The position numbers and the translations under genes are program-made. From contig JBAWXL010000002.1 in the NCBI GenBank assembly GCA_037144095.1, positions 1-50,056 on the forward strand: 50,056 nucleotides of DNA, in the 5' to 3' direction. The stretch comes from Bacteroidota bacterium. GTDB taxonomy: Bacteria; Bacteroidota; Bacteroidia; Bacteroidales; CAIXTV01. The notes beneath the pieces were generated by a model. The model did no database searches, had not been told where the DNA came from, and saw only the letters and a program-made list of their open reading frames with translations. Below are positions 36,632 through 46,287 of this stretch, piece by piece; within the stretch, counting starts at the first letter, position 1; every line of letters begins with the position of its first letter.

Positions 36632-37807
36632 ATGAACATTCCCATTGCCCGCACTTCTTTCAACGAAAAGGATTTCGAAAACATCCTGCAACCTCTTCGA
36701 AGCGGATGGATTGTACAAGGACCTTTTGTAAAGGAATTTGAAGAAAAGTGGGAGAAATTCACCGGAATACCTCATGCGCTTGCCGTTTCAAATTGCACCA
36801 CTGCACTTACCTTATCGGTGTATGCTTTAGGAATTCGTCCGGGCGATGAAGTGATAGTGCCCTCTTTCACATGGATAGCCACTGCCAATGCTGTGGAAAC
36901 CCTGGGGGCAACGCCTGTCTTTTGTGATATTGATTTGGGAAGTTATAATATTAAGGTGGATGAGATTGAAAAGAAAATAACGTCACGCACTAAAGCCATT
37001 ATTCCTGTTCATCTTTTCGGTTTGGCTGCCGAAATGGATGCGGTGATGGAAATTGCCCATAAGTATAATTTGAAAGTTATTGAAGATGCTGCCTGTGGTT
37101 TTGCTGCTAAATATAAAGGAAAGCATGTGGGAGGTATTGGCGATACGGGCTGCTTTAGTTTTCATCCCCGCAAAGCCATCACCACGGGTGAAGGGGGAAT
37201 GGTCACTACAAACGACCCTGAAATGGCTACTCTCCTGCGTTCACTCAGAGACCACGGAGCTGCCACTTCAGATTTACAAAGACATCTCGGCAATAAACCC
37301 TATTTGTTGCCCGATTTCCCTTATGCAGGTTTCAATTTCCGCATGACGGATATACAAGCCTCAATAGGTTCTTCACAAATGGACAGGGCTGAGGAAATAT
37401 TTAACCTTCGTACACTATGGGCTAAGCAATACAACGACTTTCTGGTGAAGCATGATTGGCTGCAACCCACTGTGGTTAAAGAAGATTATGTGCATGGATA
37501 TCAATCCTTCGTGTGTCTTTTTGCTCCTGAAGAAATCACACAACAAAACATGGAAAGCATCCATCAGCAACGGAATGCTTTTATGGATTATCTTCAGCAA
37601 CAGGGTATTTCTACCCGTCCGGGGACACATGCCGTGCATGCATTAGATTATTATAAAAACAAATATCATATTCAGCCTGCTGATTATCTAAATTCACTCA
37701 TAGCAGATCGTTGTAGCATTGCTTTACCTTTGTTCCCGACCATGACTCAGGAAGAATTCGATTATATTGCTTTTCATATCGAGGCATTTAGCAAAAAAAT
37801 TAAATAA
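36632..37807 (+). CDS. DegT/DnrJ/EryC1/StrS-family sugar aminotransferase
   Basis: VIVPSFTWIATANAV, IPVHLFG, IEDAACG, FSFHPRKAITTGEGGMV, NFRMTDIQASIG. Confidence 0.88.
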   Translation: MNIPIARTSFNEKDFENILQPLRSGWIVQGPFVKEFEEKWEKFTGIPHALAVSNCTTALTLSVYALGIRPGDEVIVPSFTWIATANAVETLGATPVFCDIDLGSYNIKVDEIEKKITSRTKAIIPVHLFGLAAEMDAVMEIAHKYNLKVIEDAACGFAAKYKGKHVGGIGDTGCFSFHPRKAITTGEGGMVTTNDPEMATLLRSLRDHGAATSDLQRHLGNKPYLLPDFPYAGFNFRMTDIQASIGSSQMDRAEEIFNLRTLWAKQYNDFLVKHDWLQPTVVKEDYVHGYQSFVCLFAPEEITQQNMESIHQQRNAFMDYLQQQGISTRPGTHAVHALDYYKNKYHIQPADYLNSLIADRCSIALPLFPTMTQEEFDYIAFHIEAFSKKIK

Positions 37808-37816
37808 AGAAATTGT

Positions 37817-39691
37817 ATGTGCGGAATCACCGGAATATTTAATATCGACAAGAAACCCATTCCATTGGGCGTATTAAAGCACATGACCGATGTGATACAA
37901 CACAGAGGTCCGGATGGTGAAGGTTTTTGGAATGAGGGATATATAGGTTTCGGTCATCGTAGACTTTCGATTATTGATTTAAGTCCGGGTGGTCATCAAC
38001 CCATGATGAGCACCGATGGTAGATATATTATTACCTATAATGGGGAAGTTTATAACTTTCAGCAATTACGTGTGGAGTTAGAAAAAGCCGGGCAGCGCTT
38101 TCATTCTGATAGCGATACAGAAGTAGTGATAAATGCATTTGCCGAATGGGGCGAAAAAGCCATTCTACGCTTTAATGGCATGTTTGCTTTTGCACTTTGG
38201 GACACTCACGAGAAACGTCTTTGGCTTGTCCGCGACCGTTATGGCATAAAACCTTTGTATTATTTCTTTGATGGAAAAACATTGGTCTTTGGTTCTGAAA
38301 TTAAATCCATTATACAACATCCGGCTTATCAAACCAGAGTTTCTATTGAAGCTTTGAATGAATATTTCTCCTTCCAGAATATATTTTCCGACCTCACTCT
38401 TTTTGAAAACGTCAAACTGCTGCAACCCGCAACCTATTTAACATTTGAACTCGACAAAGGGCTTACCAAACAGCACATGTATTGGGACTATGACTTCGAA
38501 GAGCAGGAAAAGTTTTCGTCAGAAGAAGAATACATTGAAGAGCTTGACCGGTTATTCAGTCAGGCTGTAAACAGACAATTAATAAGTGATGTGGAAGTGG
38601 GTTCTTTTTTAAGTGGAGGCATGGATTCAGGTGGAATTACATGCATTGCTGCCAATAACTTTAAGAATCTAAAGACTTTTACCGCAGGTTTTGATCTAAC
38701 CTCCGCCTCCGGCCTTGAATTGGGTTTCGATGAAAGAGGGAAAGCTGAATTTCTTTCTAGTCTATATAAGACAGAACATTATGAAGTAGTCTTAAAGTCA
38801 GGAGATATGGAAAGAGTTATGCCGGAACTCATCTGGCATCTCGAAGATTTACGGGTTGGTCAATCCTATCCCAACTTCTATGTAAACCGTTTAGCCAGTA
38901 AATTTGTGAAAGTTGTCCTTTCTGGAACTGGAGGAGATGAACTTTTTGCAGGATATCCCTGGCGCTATTATATGACGGTCGTAAATGAAGATGCACAACA
39001 CTATGCAGAGAAATATTATCGCTACTGGCAACGATTAATCCCCGATAGTTATAAGCCGAAGTTCTACCAACAAGACATCTATCCCCGAATCTGGAACTAT
39101 CAAACCAAAGACATTTTTACGAAGGTATTAAATGTTGAGCATCCATACAGAACTCCTGAACAATACATCAATCATTCGCTGTATTTCGAGATAAAGACAT
39201 TTATGCATGGCTTGTTGATGGTGGAAGACAAGCTGAGTTTAGCACATAGCCTCGAAACTCGTGTGCCTTTCCTCGATAATGATTTAGTAGACTTCGCTAT
39301 GAAGGTCCCGATTCGATATAAGCTAAAGAACTTAGGCGAGGTGGTCCGAATAAATGAAAATGAACCCGGTCAAAAGACCCGAAAATATTTTGAAAAGACC
39401 AATGATGGGAAAATACTCCTCCGAAAAGCACTGGAGAAGTACGTTCCGCTAAATTATACAGAGGGAATCAAGCAAGGTTTCTCAGCTCCTGATGCAAGTT
39501 GGTTCAAAGGCGAGAGCATTGATTACATTAGGAATCTGTTGTTCGACAAAAAAGCAAGGATATACGATTATATACAACCGGAATTTGCGCATGAGTTAAT
39601 GAATGAGCATTTTAGTGGGCAAAACAACCGTCGACTGTTAATTTGGAGCTTGCTTAGTTTTGAATGGTGGCTTAAAACCTTTATGAAATAG
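37817..39691 (+). CDS. Asparagine synthase (glutamine-hydrolysing)-like amidotransferase
   Basis: MCGITGIF N-terminal nucleophile Cys, HRRLSIIDLS, SFLSGGMDSG (PP-loop), LSGTGGDELFAGY. Confidence 0.88.
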   Translation: MCGITGIFNIDKKPIPLGVLKHMTDVIQHRGPDGEGFWNEGYIGFGHRRLSIIDLSPGGHQPMMSTDGRYIITYNGEVYNFQQLRVELEKAGQRFHSDSDTEVVINAFAEWGEKAILRFNGMFAFALWDTHEKRLWLVRDRYGIKPLYYFFDGKTLVFGSEIKSIIQHPAYQTRVSIEALNEYFSFQNIFSDLTLFENVKLLQPATYLTFELDKGLTKQHMYWDYDFEEQEKFSSEEEYIEELDRLFSQAVNRQLISDVEVGSFLSGGMDSGGITCIAANNFKNLKTFTAGFDLTSASGLELGFDERGKAEFLSSLYKTEHYEVVLKSGDMERVMPELIWHLEDLRVGQSYPNFYVNRLASKFVKVVLSGTGGDELFAGYPWRYYMTVVNEDAQHYAEKYYRYWQRLIPDSYKPKFYQQDIYPRIWNYQTKDIFTKVLNVEHPYRTPEQYINHSLYFEIKTFMHGLLMVEDKLSLAHSLETRVPFLDNDLVDFAMKVPIRYKLKNLGEVVRINENEPGQKTRKYFEKTNDGKILLRKALEKYVPLNYTEGIKQGFSAPDASWFKGESIDYIRNLLFDKKARIYDYIQPEFAHELMNEHFSGQNNRRLLIWSLLSFEWWLKTFMK

Positions 39692-40267
39692 ATGGAAGAT
39701 CCAAAACTAATAGAATCCTTAAAAGCACTTTATCAAAGTCTTCGTGAGCAAACCCTCTCGAAGTGGAACAGAGACCTCCCTTTCGATGAACTTATGTTTG
39801 ATCGTTGGGAAAGAGCCTCGGCCTTAGGGTTTGGGGAGAAGTCATCTGTCTATCATAACTCTTATGTTTTTGGAAATGTAAAAGTTGGAGCCAACACCTG
39901 GGTGGGTCCTTTCACCTTGTTGGATGGAACCGGTGGATTGAGCATTGGTGATTACTGCAGTATATCAGCCGGCGTGCATATTTATTCGCATAACACTGTT
40001 AAATGGGCAGTTTCGGGTGGAAAAATGCCTTATGAGCATGCAGAAGTGGTGATTGAAGATTGTTGTTTTATCGGTCCGCAAAGCATAGTGTCTGCCGGCG
40101 TTCGCATTGGGAAGCATTCCGTTGTAGCTGCCAATAGTTTTGTAAATAAAGACCTCCCTCCTTTTTCAATTGCAGCCGGAAATCCTGCCATCATAATAGG
40201 AGAAGTTATTTTGGACGAGAATTCTCAGGTAAGTTTCTCATATTTCAACAAAGAACACAAGGATTAA
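39692..40267 (+). CDS. Hexapeptide-repeat acyltransferase
   Basis: VGANTWVGPFTLLDGTGGLSIGDYCSISAGVHIYSH, IGPQSIVSAGVRIGKHSVVAANSFV, AAGNPA. Confidence 0.75.
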   Translation: MEDPKLIESLKALYQSLREQTLSKWNRDLPFDELMFDRWERASALGFGEKSSVYHNSYVFGNVKVGANTWVGPFTLLDGTGGLSIGDYCSISAGVHIYSHNTVKWAVSGGKMPYEHAEVVIEDCCFIGPQSIVSAGVRIGKHSVVAANSFVNKDLPPFSIAAGNPAIIIGEVILDENSQVSFSYFNKEHKD

Positions 40268-40279
40268 TTCTAACTCATA

Positions 40280-41587
40280 ATGAAAGCTTTCCTGAAGTTT
40301 CTGATACATATTTGCATTTTCCCTTTCTTCATATTGGTACTAACCATTATTTATTTCTTTTCCCTTTTTACTGGAAAGAAAACGACTAAACCACGTCTGG
40401 TTTGGGGACCTGTGCCTCTCATCAGCAACAAATATTGGTCGGAAGCACTGAAGAAAGCAGGATATCCTTCAGAAACGCTGATGAGTAATTATTATTCTTC
40501 TATACACAAGAAAGAAGATTTCGACAAGTATACAGAAGACACATTATGTTTGGGCATTCTGAGGGATTTATTGAGGATACTCGGTCTGCTTGAGATAGGT
40601 AAGATGTATCGCAGCTTTATTTACGCTGTACTTCACTACGATATTTTCCACCATCACTTTCATGGCGGATTCATTGGGAACACTCCTTTCTGGGGATTGG
40701 AGGCTCCTATACTACATTGCTTTAAAAAGAAGATAGTCATCACGGCTTACGGACGAGACTTCTACAGATATTCTAAAGTTGAGGATGTTTCGTGGCGAAA
40801 TGGGCTGTTAAATTCTTATCCCGAGATGGCTAAAGAAGAAAAGCACATCGAACGGAAAGTACAATATTGGACTCGTCATGCAGATACGATTATAAATGGT
40901 CTGCAAATAGATGGTATGGGAAGATGGGATGTCATTCCTTATAATATGGTGACGATTAACACATCAGAATGGTTCCCTCGCGAGCAATACAGCCCTGCCG
41001 ATGGTAAAAACGGGACGGTTTATATCGCACATACTCCAAATCATCGTGGAGTTAAAGGCAGTGAGTTTATCATTCAGGCAGTGGAAATGCTCAAAAAGGA
41101 AGGTTTGCAGGTTGAGTTGTTGTTGATTGAAAAGATGCAGAACGATGAAGTGAGAAAGTTGCTTCAGGAGAAAGCAGACCTGCTGGTTGAGCAGCTTTTG
41201 TTGGGTTATGCACTGAGTGCTGTGGAAGGAATGGCTTGCGGATTGCCTGTTTTATCAAATCTTTCGAACGAAATCTATACAAGGATGTTCAGAAGGTTCT
41301 CCTACTTGAATGAATGTCCTATATTAAGTACAACTCCCGAAAACATATTGGATAATCTGAGGGTTTTGGTGACCAATCCACAACTAAGGGAAACCTTAGG
41401 CAAAGCCGGAAAGCAGTATGTTCAGAAATATCATTCAGAAAAGACCGCACAGTATATGTTTGGTGCTGTATATGATAAGATTTGGTTTGGAAAAGAGGTA
41501 AATCTGCTGAATTTGTTCCATCCCCTGCTTTCAAATCAGCCGGAGCCACCTGTAGTGCATCCGCTGCACGAAAACCGTCTTATCTAG
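40280..41587 (+). CDS. Membrane-anchored GT-B glycosyltransferase-like protein
   Basis: N-terminal TM segment. The C-terminal half (GVKGSEFIIQAV..., YALSAVEGMACGLPVLSN) resembles the GT4 donor-binding domain. Confidence 0.5.
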   Translation: MKAFLKFLIHICIFPFFILVLTIIYFFSLFTGKKTTKPRLVWGPVPLISNKYWSEALKKAGYPSETLMSNYYSSIHKKEDFDKYTEDTLCLGILRDLLRILGLLEIGKMYRSFIYAVLHYDIFHHHFHGGFIGNTPFWGLEAPILHCFKKKIVITAYGRDFYRYSKVEDVSWRNGLLNSYPEMAKEEKHIERKVQYWTRHADTIINGLQIDGMGRWDVIPYNMVTINTSEWFPREQYSPADGKNGTVYIAHTPNHRGVKGSEFIIQAVEMLKKEGLQVELLLIEKMQNDEVRKLLQEKADLLVEQLLLGYALSAVEGMACGLPVLSNLSNEIYTRMFRRFSYLNECPILSTTPENILDNLRVLVTNPQLRETLGKAGKQYVQKYHSEKTAQYMFGAVYDKIWFGKEVNLLNLFHPLLSNQPEPPVVHPLHENRLI

Positions 41588-41593
41588 TTGCTC

Positions 41594-43069
41594 ATGCTGC
41601 GGAATATTGTTAAAGATTCTTTGGTTTATGGAGCAAGCGACTTCGTGCTTAAGCTCATCAGTTTTTCGCTTTTCCCTATATATGCCCACATTTTCAGGGT
41701 GGATGAGTATGGTGTACTGACATTGGTGAGCACCATCGCCGGGTTTATCCTCTTACTCCTAAACTTGGGCATGAATAACGCTGTGCAACGTTTTTATTTC
41801 GAAAAAGACACCGGCGAACTTCATAAAAAAAAGATTATCAGCACAGGATTATGGGTGCTTATTAGTTGGTCGGTGAGCATAACTTTGATAGTGTTGGGGG
41901 TTTCCTGGTTTATGTCGGATGTTATCGCTACACGATACGGCGTTTCCTGGCTATTGCTTTGCATTGCGCTGATGGCGAACGTTCCGGCGCAGATATTACA
42001 GTTCACTCAAGACACATTAAGGCTTCATTTTTCTCCCTGGCGCTATGCTTTGGTTGCATTTGTGAAGAATGTTTCGGGCGCTATGATAGGTCTGCTATGC
42101 ATATTGGTCTTTGGCATGGGCATCATGGGCTTTTTTGCCGGAAACTTCATTGCATTTTTCGTCGCCCTGCCACTTGCGTTTGTATTTATCAGGAAAGACC
42201 TCGTCAGAGGGCTGGATAAAGAGCTCGCACGCAAGCTTATCAACTTCGGCTATCCATTTATCTTTGTAAGTTTGGCATATTGGATATTCGGTTCCATCGA
42301 CCGGCTAATGCTTGCCGAAATGAGCGACAAAACAAATGTCGGTTGGTTAGGAATCGCCTTTATGTTTGCCACCGTTTTATCGTTTATTAACAGTGCCTTC
42401 GGGCAGGCTTGGAGTCCGCATGCCTTTAAAATAGCCGGAGAAGACCAGGAAAATCACCGCAAGGTCTTCTCTAAAATACTCTCAAAATGGTTTTTCTTCA
42501 TTGCTTTTATTGGTGCTGGAGTAAGCCTCTTTTCAGAAGAACTTTTGATGCTGACGACCCCAAAAGAATACTGGCCTGCCAGTCTTTGTGTCATTTTTCT
42601 ATCGATGGGGCTCGTGTTGCAGGGCACAACGCAGATTACTGCTTTAGGCATCTCCCTGAAACACAAAACAGGCCTCCTCTCTCGTGCCGCATGGATCACA
42701 GCTGTGGTAAATGTCCTTATAAATCTTATACTCATCCCCGTTTGGGGCGCCGTTGGGTCCGCCATTTCAACCTTCCTCTCCTACATGACGCTCTCGGCTT
42801 TGTATATGTATTGGTCGCAGAAGCTCTACCCCTTACCTTTAGAGTATAAGAAACTGCTACTCATACTGATGAGCTGCTTTGTGGTCATTATTATTTCCAT
42901 ACTTTGCTATGTTTACATCGATAACATCTTATTGAAGATAGCACTTAAAGCCCTGGTCATAGCTGCCTTTGCTTTTACAGGAATATCTGCCAATATCATC
43001 TCCTGGCACGAAATCACTACCTTAATAAGAAATGGAATCGACCGCCTTCCGTTTAAAAATAAAGCGTAA
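41594..43069 (+). CDS. wzx: Wzx-type flippase (MOP superfamily), copy 2
   Basis: Polytopic membrane protein. LRNIVKDSLVYGASDFVLKLISFSLFPIYAHIFRVDEYG is a typical Wzx N-terminus. ATG 41594 preferred over TTG 41588. Confidence 0.75.
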   Translation: MLRNIVKDSLVYGASDFVLKLISFSLFPIYAHIFRVDEYGVLTLVSTIAGFILLLLNLGMNNAVQRFYFEKDTGELHKKKIISTGLWVLISWSVSITLIVLGVSWFMSDVIATRYGVSWLLLCIALMANVPAQILQFTQDTLRLHFSPWRYALVAFVKNVSGAMIGLLCILVFGMGIMGFFAGNFIAFFVALPLAFVFIRKDLVRGLDKELARKLINFGYPFIFVSLAYWIFGSIDRLMLAEMSDKTNVGWLGIAFMFATVLSFINSAFGQAWSPHAFKIAGEDQENHRKVFSKILSKWFFFIAFIGAGVSLFSEELLMLTTPKEYWPASLCVIFLSMGLVLQGTTQITALGISLKHKTGLLSRAAWITAVVNVLINLILIPVWGAVGSAISTFLSYMTLSALYMYWSQKLYPLPLEYKKLLLILMSCFVVIIISILCYVYIDNILLKIALKALVIAAFAFTGISANIISWHEITTLIRNGIDRLPFKNKA

Positions 43070-43092
43070 TTTTACCTGCTTATACAAAAAAC

Positions 43093-43983
43093 ATGAACAT
43101 ACTCATCACCGGTGCAACAGGATTACTTGGAATTCAGCTGGCAAACCAACTTGCTGAACAGCATACGATTTATGCTATCGACAGAGACAAGAGCCGTGCG
43201 CCAATGTTGCAGCATCCAGGCATTCAGCTCCTCGATATTGACCTGTTTAACCTCAATCCCGACATTCTTCCCAAGAACATTGACACGGTTTTTTATCTGG
43301 CTCAGTCAAAGCAGTTCAGAGATTTCCCGGGTGGGGCCATGGATATGTTTGCCATTAACGTAAAAGCGCCCCTCAGCATCATTCATTGGGCAGTTGAGCA
43401 GAAGGTTAAGAATTTTTTCTACACTTCTACCGGTGGGGTCTACAAGAATCCGACTGAACCCGTGAAAGAGTTCTTTGATATCAATGCAAATGAGAAGAAT
43501 GGCTTCTATATCGGTAGCAAACTTTCGGCAGAAATACTGCTGAAGAACTATTCTCACTTCTTTGAGAAGTTTGCCATACTGCGTCCCTTCTTTATTTACG
43601 GTCCGCATCAGGATGCTTCGATGTTAATTCCCAGACTTATACAAAGGGTGCAGAAGGGTGAAACTATTTTCCTCGATAGAGAAGAAGGCTTGCGCGTAAA
43701 CCCCATATTTGTGACCGATGCTGCCATGGCGTTCAGCAAGTTGCTACAGATTGAGGGCGAACATCTCTTTAACATCGCCGGAAAGGAAACGCTTTCGCTG
43801 ATGAGTCTATGTAAAATCATCGGTAAGACACTTGGCAAGACACCCATCTTCTCTATTAATGAGCAGATTGCATCCGATTTAATTGCCGATACTTCCCTTA
43901 TGCACCAATTGCTTCATTTTCCCCAAACCGACCTTCAGGAAGGCATTCGATTGACTGCGAAAGCTATGGGGTTGGTGGGTTAA
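43093..43983 (+). CDS. NAD-dependent epimerase/dehydratase/reductase (SDR)
   Basis: ILITGATGLLG Rossmann motif, YIGSKLSAE (YxxxK). Confidence 0.7.
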   Translation: MNILITGATGLLGIQLANQLAEQHTIYAIDRDKSRAPMLQHPGIQLLDIDLFNLNPDILPKNIDTVFYLAQSKQFRDFPGGAMDMFAINVKAPLSIIHWAVEQKVKNFFYTSTGGVYKNPTEPVKEFFDINANEKNGFYIGSKLSAEILLKNYSHFFEKFAILRPFFIYGPHQDASMLIPRLIQRVQKGETIFLDREEGLRVNPIFVTDAAMAFSKLLQIEGEHLFNIAGKETLSLMSLCKIIGKTLGKTPIFSINEQIASDLIADTSLMHQLLHFPQTDLQEGIRLTAKAMGLVG

Positions 43984-44050
43984 TGGAAATGTCGGGGTGA
44001 TGTTTCCTTATTTCACCAAATACTTATATCTGATTAAAAATTTAAAAAAA

Positions 44051-44302
44051 TGGAATTTGCATTCGAAATTTCCCGATGCACATGCGCATTTTCAGAATGC
44101 ACATTCGGAATTTCGGAATGCGCATTCAGAACTCCGGGATGCACATCCTGAATTTCGGGATGTACATCCCGAAAGTTGGAATTTACGTTCGGAATGTTGG
44201 GATGCATATTCAAACGTTCCGCATGTACGTCCAAGATTTTGGGATGTACATCTGAAACTTTCGAATGTGCGTTTTAACATTTGGCATGAAAGTCTGAAAA
44301 CA
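44051..44302. repeat. Array D: 12 tandem 21-bp units, consensus yGGRATGYRCATYCnGAAwTT
   Basis: Parsed by hand in exact register. Unit 6 contains the perfect 16-bp palindrome CGGGATGTACATCCCG (44156..44171) and unit 4 contains GAATGCGCATTC. Lies between convergent genes. Confidence 0.95.
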
Positions 44303-44377
44303 AATAACTATTGAAGATTAGGCAATTAATTATAATGCCCAATTTGCTTTCATTATTGTTGAGTCTTTCACGGTTCA

Positions 44378-46165
44378 CTAATCAATCTTCAACACCGCCA
44401 AAAATGCCGATTGAGGGACTTCCACATTTCCTATCTGTCGCATGCGTTTTTTCCCTTTTTTCTGTTTTTCAAGCAATTTACGCTTACGGGTAATATCTCC
44501 TCCATAACATTTTGAGGTTACATCTTTTCTAACAGCTTTAATGGTTTCGCGGGCAATGATTTTAGCTCCAATAGCTGCCTGAACCGCAATATCAAATTGG
44601 TGTCTCGGAATGAGTTCTCTAAGCTTCGAACAAATTTTTCTGCCAAATTCATAAGAATTATCTGCATGAATCAAGCAGGAAAGCGCATCAACGGGTTCGC
44701 CATTAAGCAATATATCTAATCGCACCAATTTAGCAGGCTGATAACTCGACTGAAAATAGTCGAAAGAAGCATAACCTCGTGAAATGCTTTTAAGTTTATC
44801 GTAAAAATCGAAAACGATTTCGCCCAAAGGAAGTTCGAAAGTGATTTCAATTCTATCAGTTGTAAGATAAACCTGATTTTTCAAAATCCCTCTTTTATCA
44901 ATGCAAAGTTTCATAATTGAACCCACATATTCAGACTTTGTAATAATCTGGGCAATGATATAGGGCTCTTCGATATGATCAATTTTACTGGGATTAGGCA
45001 GATTCAAGGGATTGTGAACGTCGATAGTTTCTCCTTTAGTTGTAATCACCTTATATGAAACGTTAGGAATTGTCGTAATCACATCCATATCGAACTCCCG
45101 GTCGAGACGTTCCTGAATGATATCCATGTGAAGCAAGCCTAAAAATCCACATCTGAAACCAAAGCCCAAAGCAATAGAAGATTCAGGTTCGAATGTTAAT
45201 GACGCATCATTTAATTGTAGTTTTTCAATTGACGAACGAAGCTCTTCGTAATCATCAGCACTCACCGGATAAATACCAGCAAACAACATGGGTTTAACAT
45301 TCTCAAAACCTTCAATAAAATCAGGACATGGATTGTTTACATGCGTGACCGTATCGCCAACTTTCACTTCGCGCGAAACTTTGATTCCTGAAATAATATA
45401 ACCCACATCTCCGGCATATAAAACGTCTTTAGCTTCGGGTTTCAGTTTTAAAACTCCAATTTCGTCTGCATTATATTCTTTTCCTGTTGCAACAAATTTC
45501 ACCAAATCGTTTTTATGAATCTGCCCGTTGAAAATTCTGAAATAAGCAATAATTCCGCGAAATGAATTAAAAACCGAATCAAAAATTAACGCTTGCAAGG
45601 GAGCATTAGGATCTCCGGATGGCGCAGGAATCCGATTAATGATATGATCAATAATCTCAGGTATTCCAAATCCGGTTTTAGCACTTGCTTCTAAAATATC
45701 GTCCCTTTTACAACCTAATAAATCAACAATTTGATCTTTCACTTCATCAGGCATGGCGTTTTCCATGTCCATTTTATTTAAAACCGGGATTATTTCCAGA
45801 TTGTTTTCTACTGCCAGATACAAATTTGAAATGGTTTGAGCCTGAATACCCTGAGTGGCATCAATTACCAATAAAGCTCCTTCACAAGCAGCAATAGACC
45901 GTGAAACTTCATAAGAAAAATCGACATGTCCGGGGGTGTCAATTAAATTCAATACATAAGGTTTGCCCTCATGAATATATTCCATCTGAATGGCATGACT
46001 CTTAATAGTGATGCCTCTTTCGCGTTCAAGGTCCATATCATCAAGTACCTGATCTTGTTGTTCTCTCTCGTTGATGGTTCCGGTATATTCAAGTAAACGG
46101 TCAGCAAGTGTGCTTTTGCCATGATCAATATGAGCAATAATACAAAAATTTCGAATGTTTTCCAT
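44378..46165 (-). CDS. lepA: Translation elongation factor 4
   Basis: [37 protein letters not shown] and C-terminal [22 protein letters not shown]. Full-length LepA. The ATG giving MENIRNF is preferred over the upstream TTG at 46174. Confidence 0.95.
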   Translation of the reverse strand: MENIRNFCIIAHIDHGKSTLADRLLEYTGTINEREQQDQVLDDMDLERERGITIKSHAIQMEYIHEGKPYVLNLIDTPGHVDFSYEVSRSIAACEGALLVIDATQGIQAQTISNLYLAVENNLEIIPVLNKMDMENAMPDEVKDQIVDLLGCKRDDILEASAKTGFGIPEIIDHIINRIPAPSGDPNAPLQALIFDSVFNSFRGIIAYFRIFNGQIHKNDLVKFVATGKEYNADEIGVLKLKPEAKDVLYAGDVGYIISGIKVSREVKVGDTVTHVNNPCPDFIEGFENVKPMLFAGIYPVSADDYEELRSSIEKLQLNDASLTFEPESSIALGFGFRCGFLGLLHMDIIQERLDREFDMDVITTIPNVSYKVITTKGETIDVHNPLNLPNPSKIDHIEEPYIIAQIITKSEYVGSIMKLCIDKRGILKNQVYLTTDRIEITFELPLGEIVFDFYDKLKSISRGYASFDYFQSSYQPAKLVRLDILLNGEPVDALSCLIHADNSYEFGRKICSKLRELIPRHQFDIAVQAAIGAKIIARETIKAVRKDVTSKCYGGDITRKRKLLEKQKKGKKRMRQIGNVEVPQSAFLAVLKID

Positions 46166-46287
46166 AGGCTGCAAAATTAATATAAAAAATCACAATGAGA
46201 GAAGCAACCCTTTGATTATTTTTTTCGTCTAAGCTGTATATTGAATTATTTATTATAACTTCGCATAATCATTTAAAAACAAAAATA

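Noticed and set aside
44311-44493. 60-aa + strand ORF downstream of array D
   Set aside because: It overlaps the 3' end of lepA on the opposite strand and has no recognisable features.
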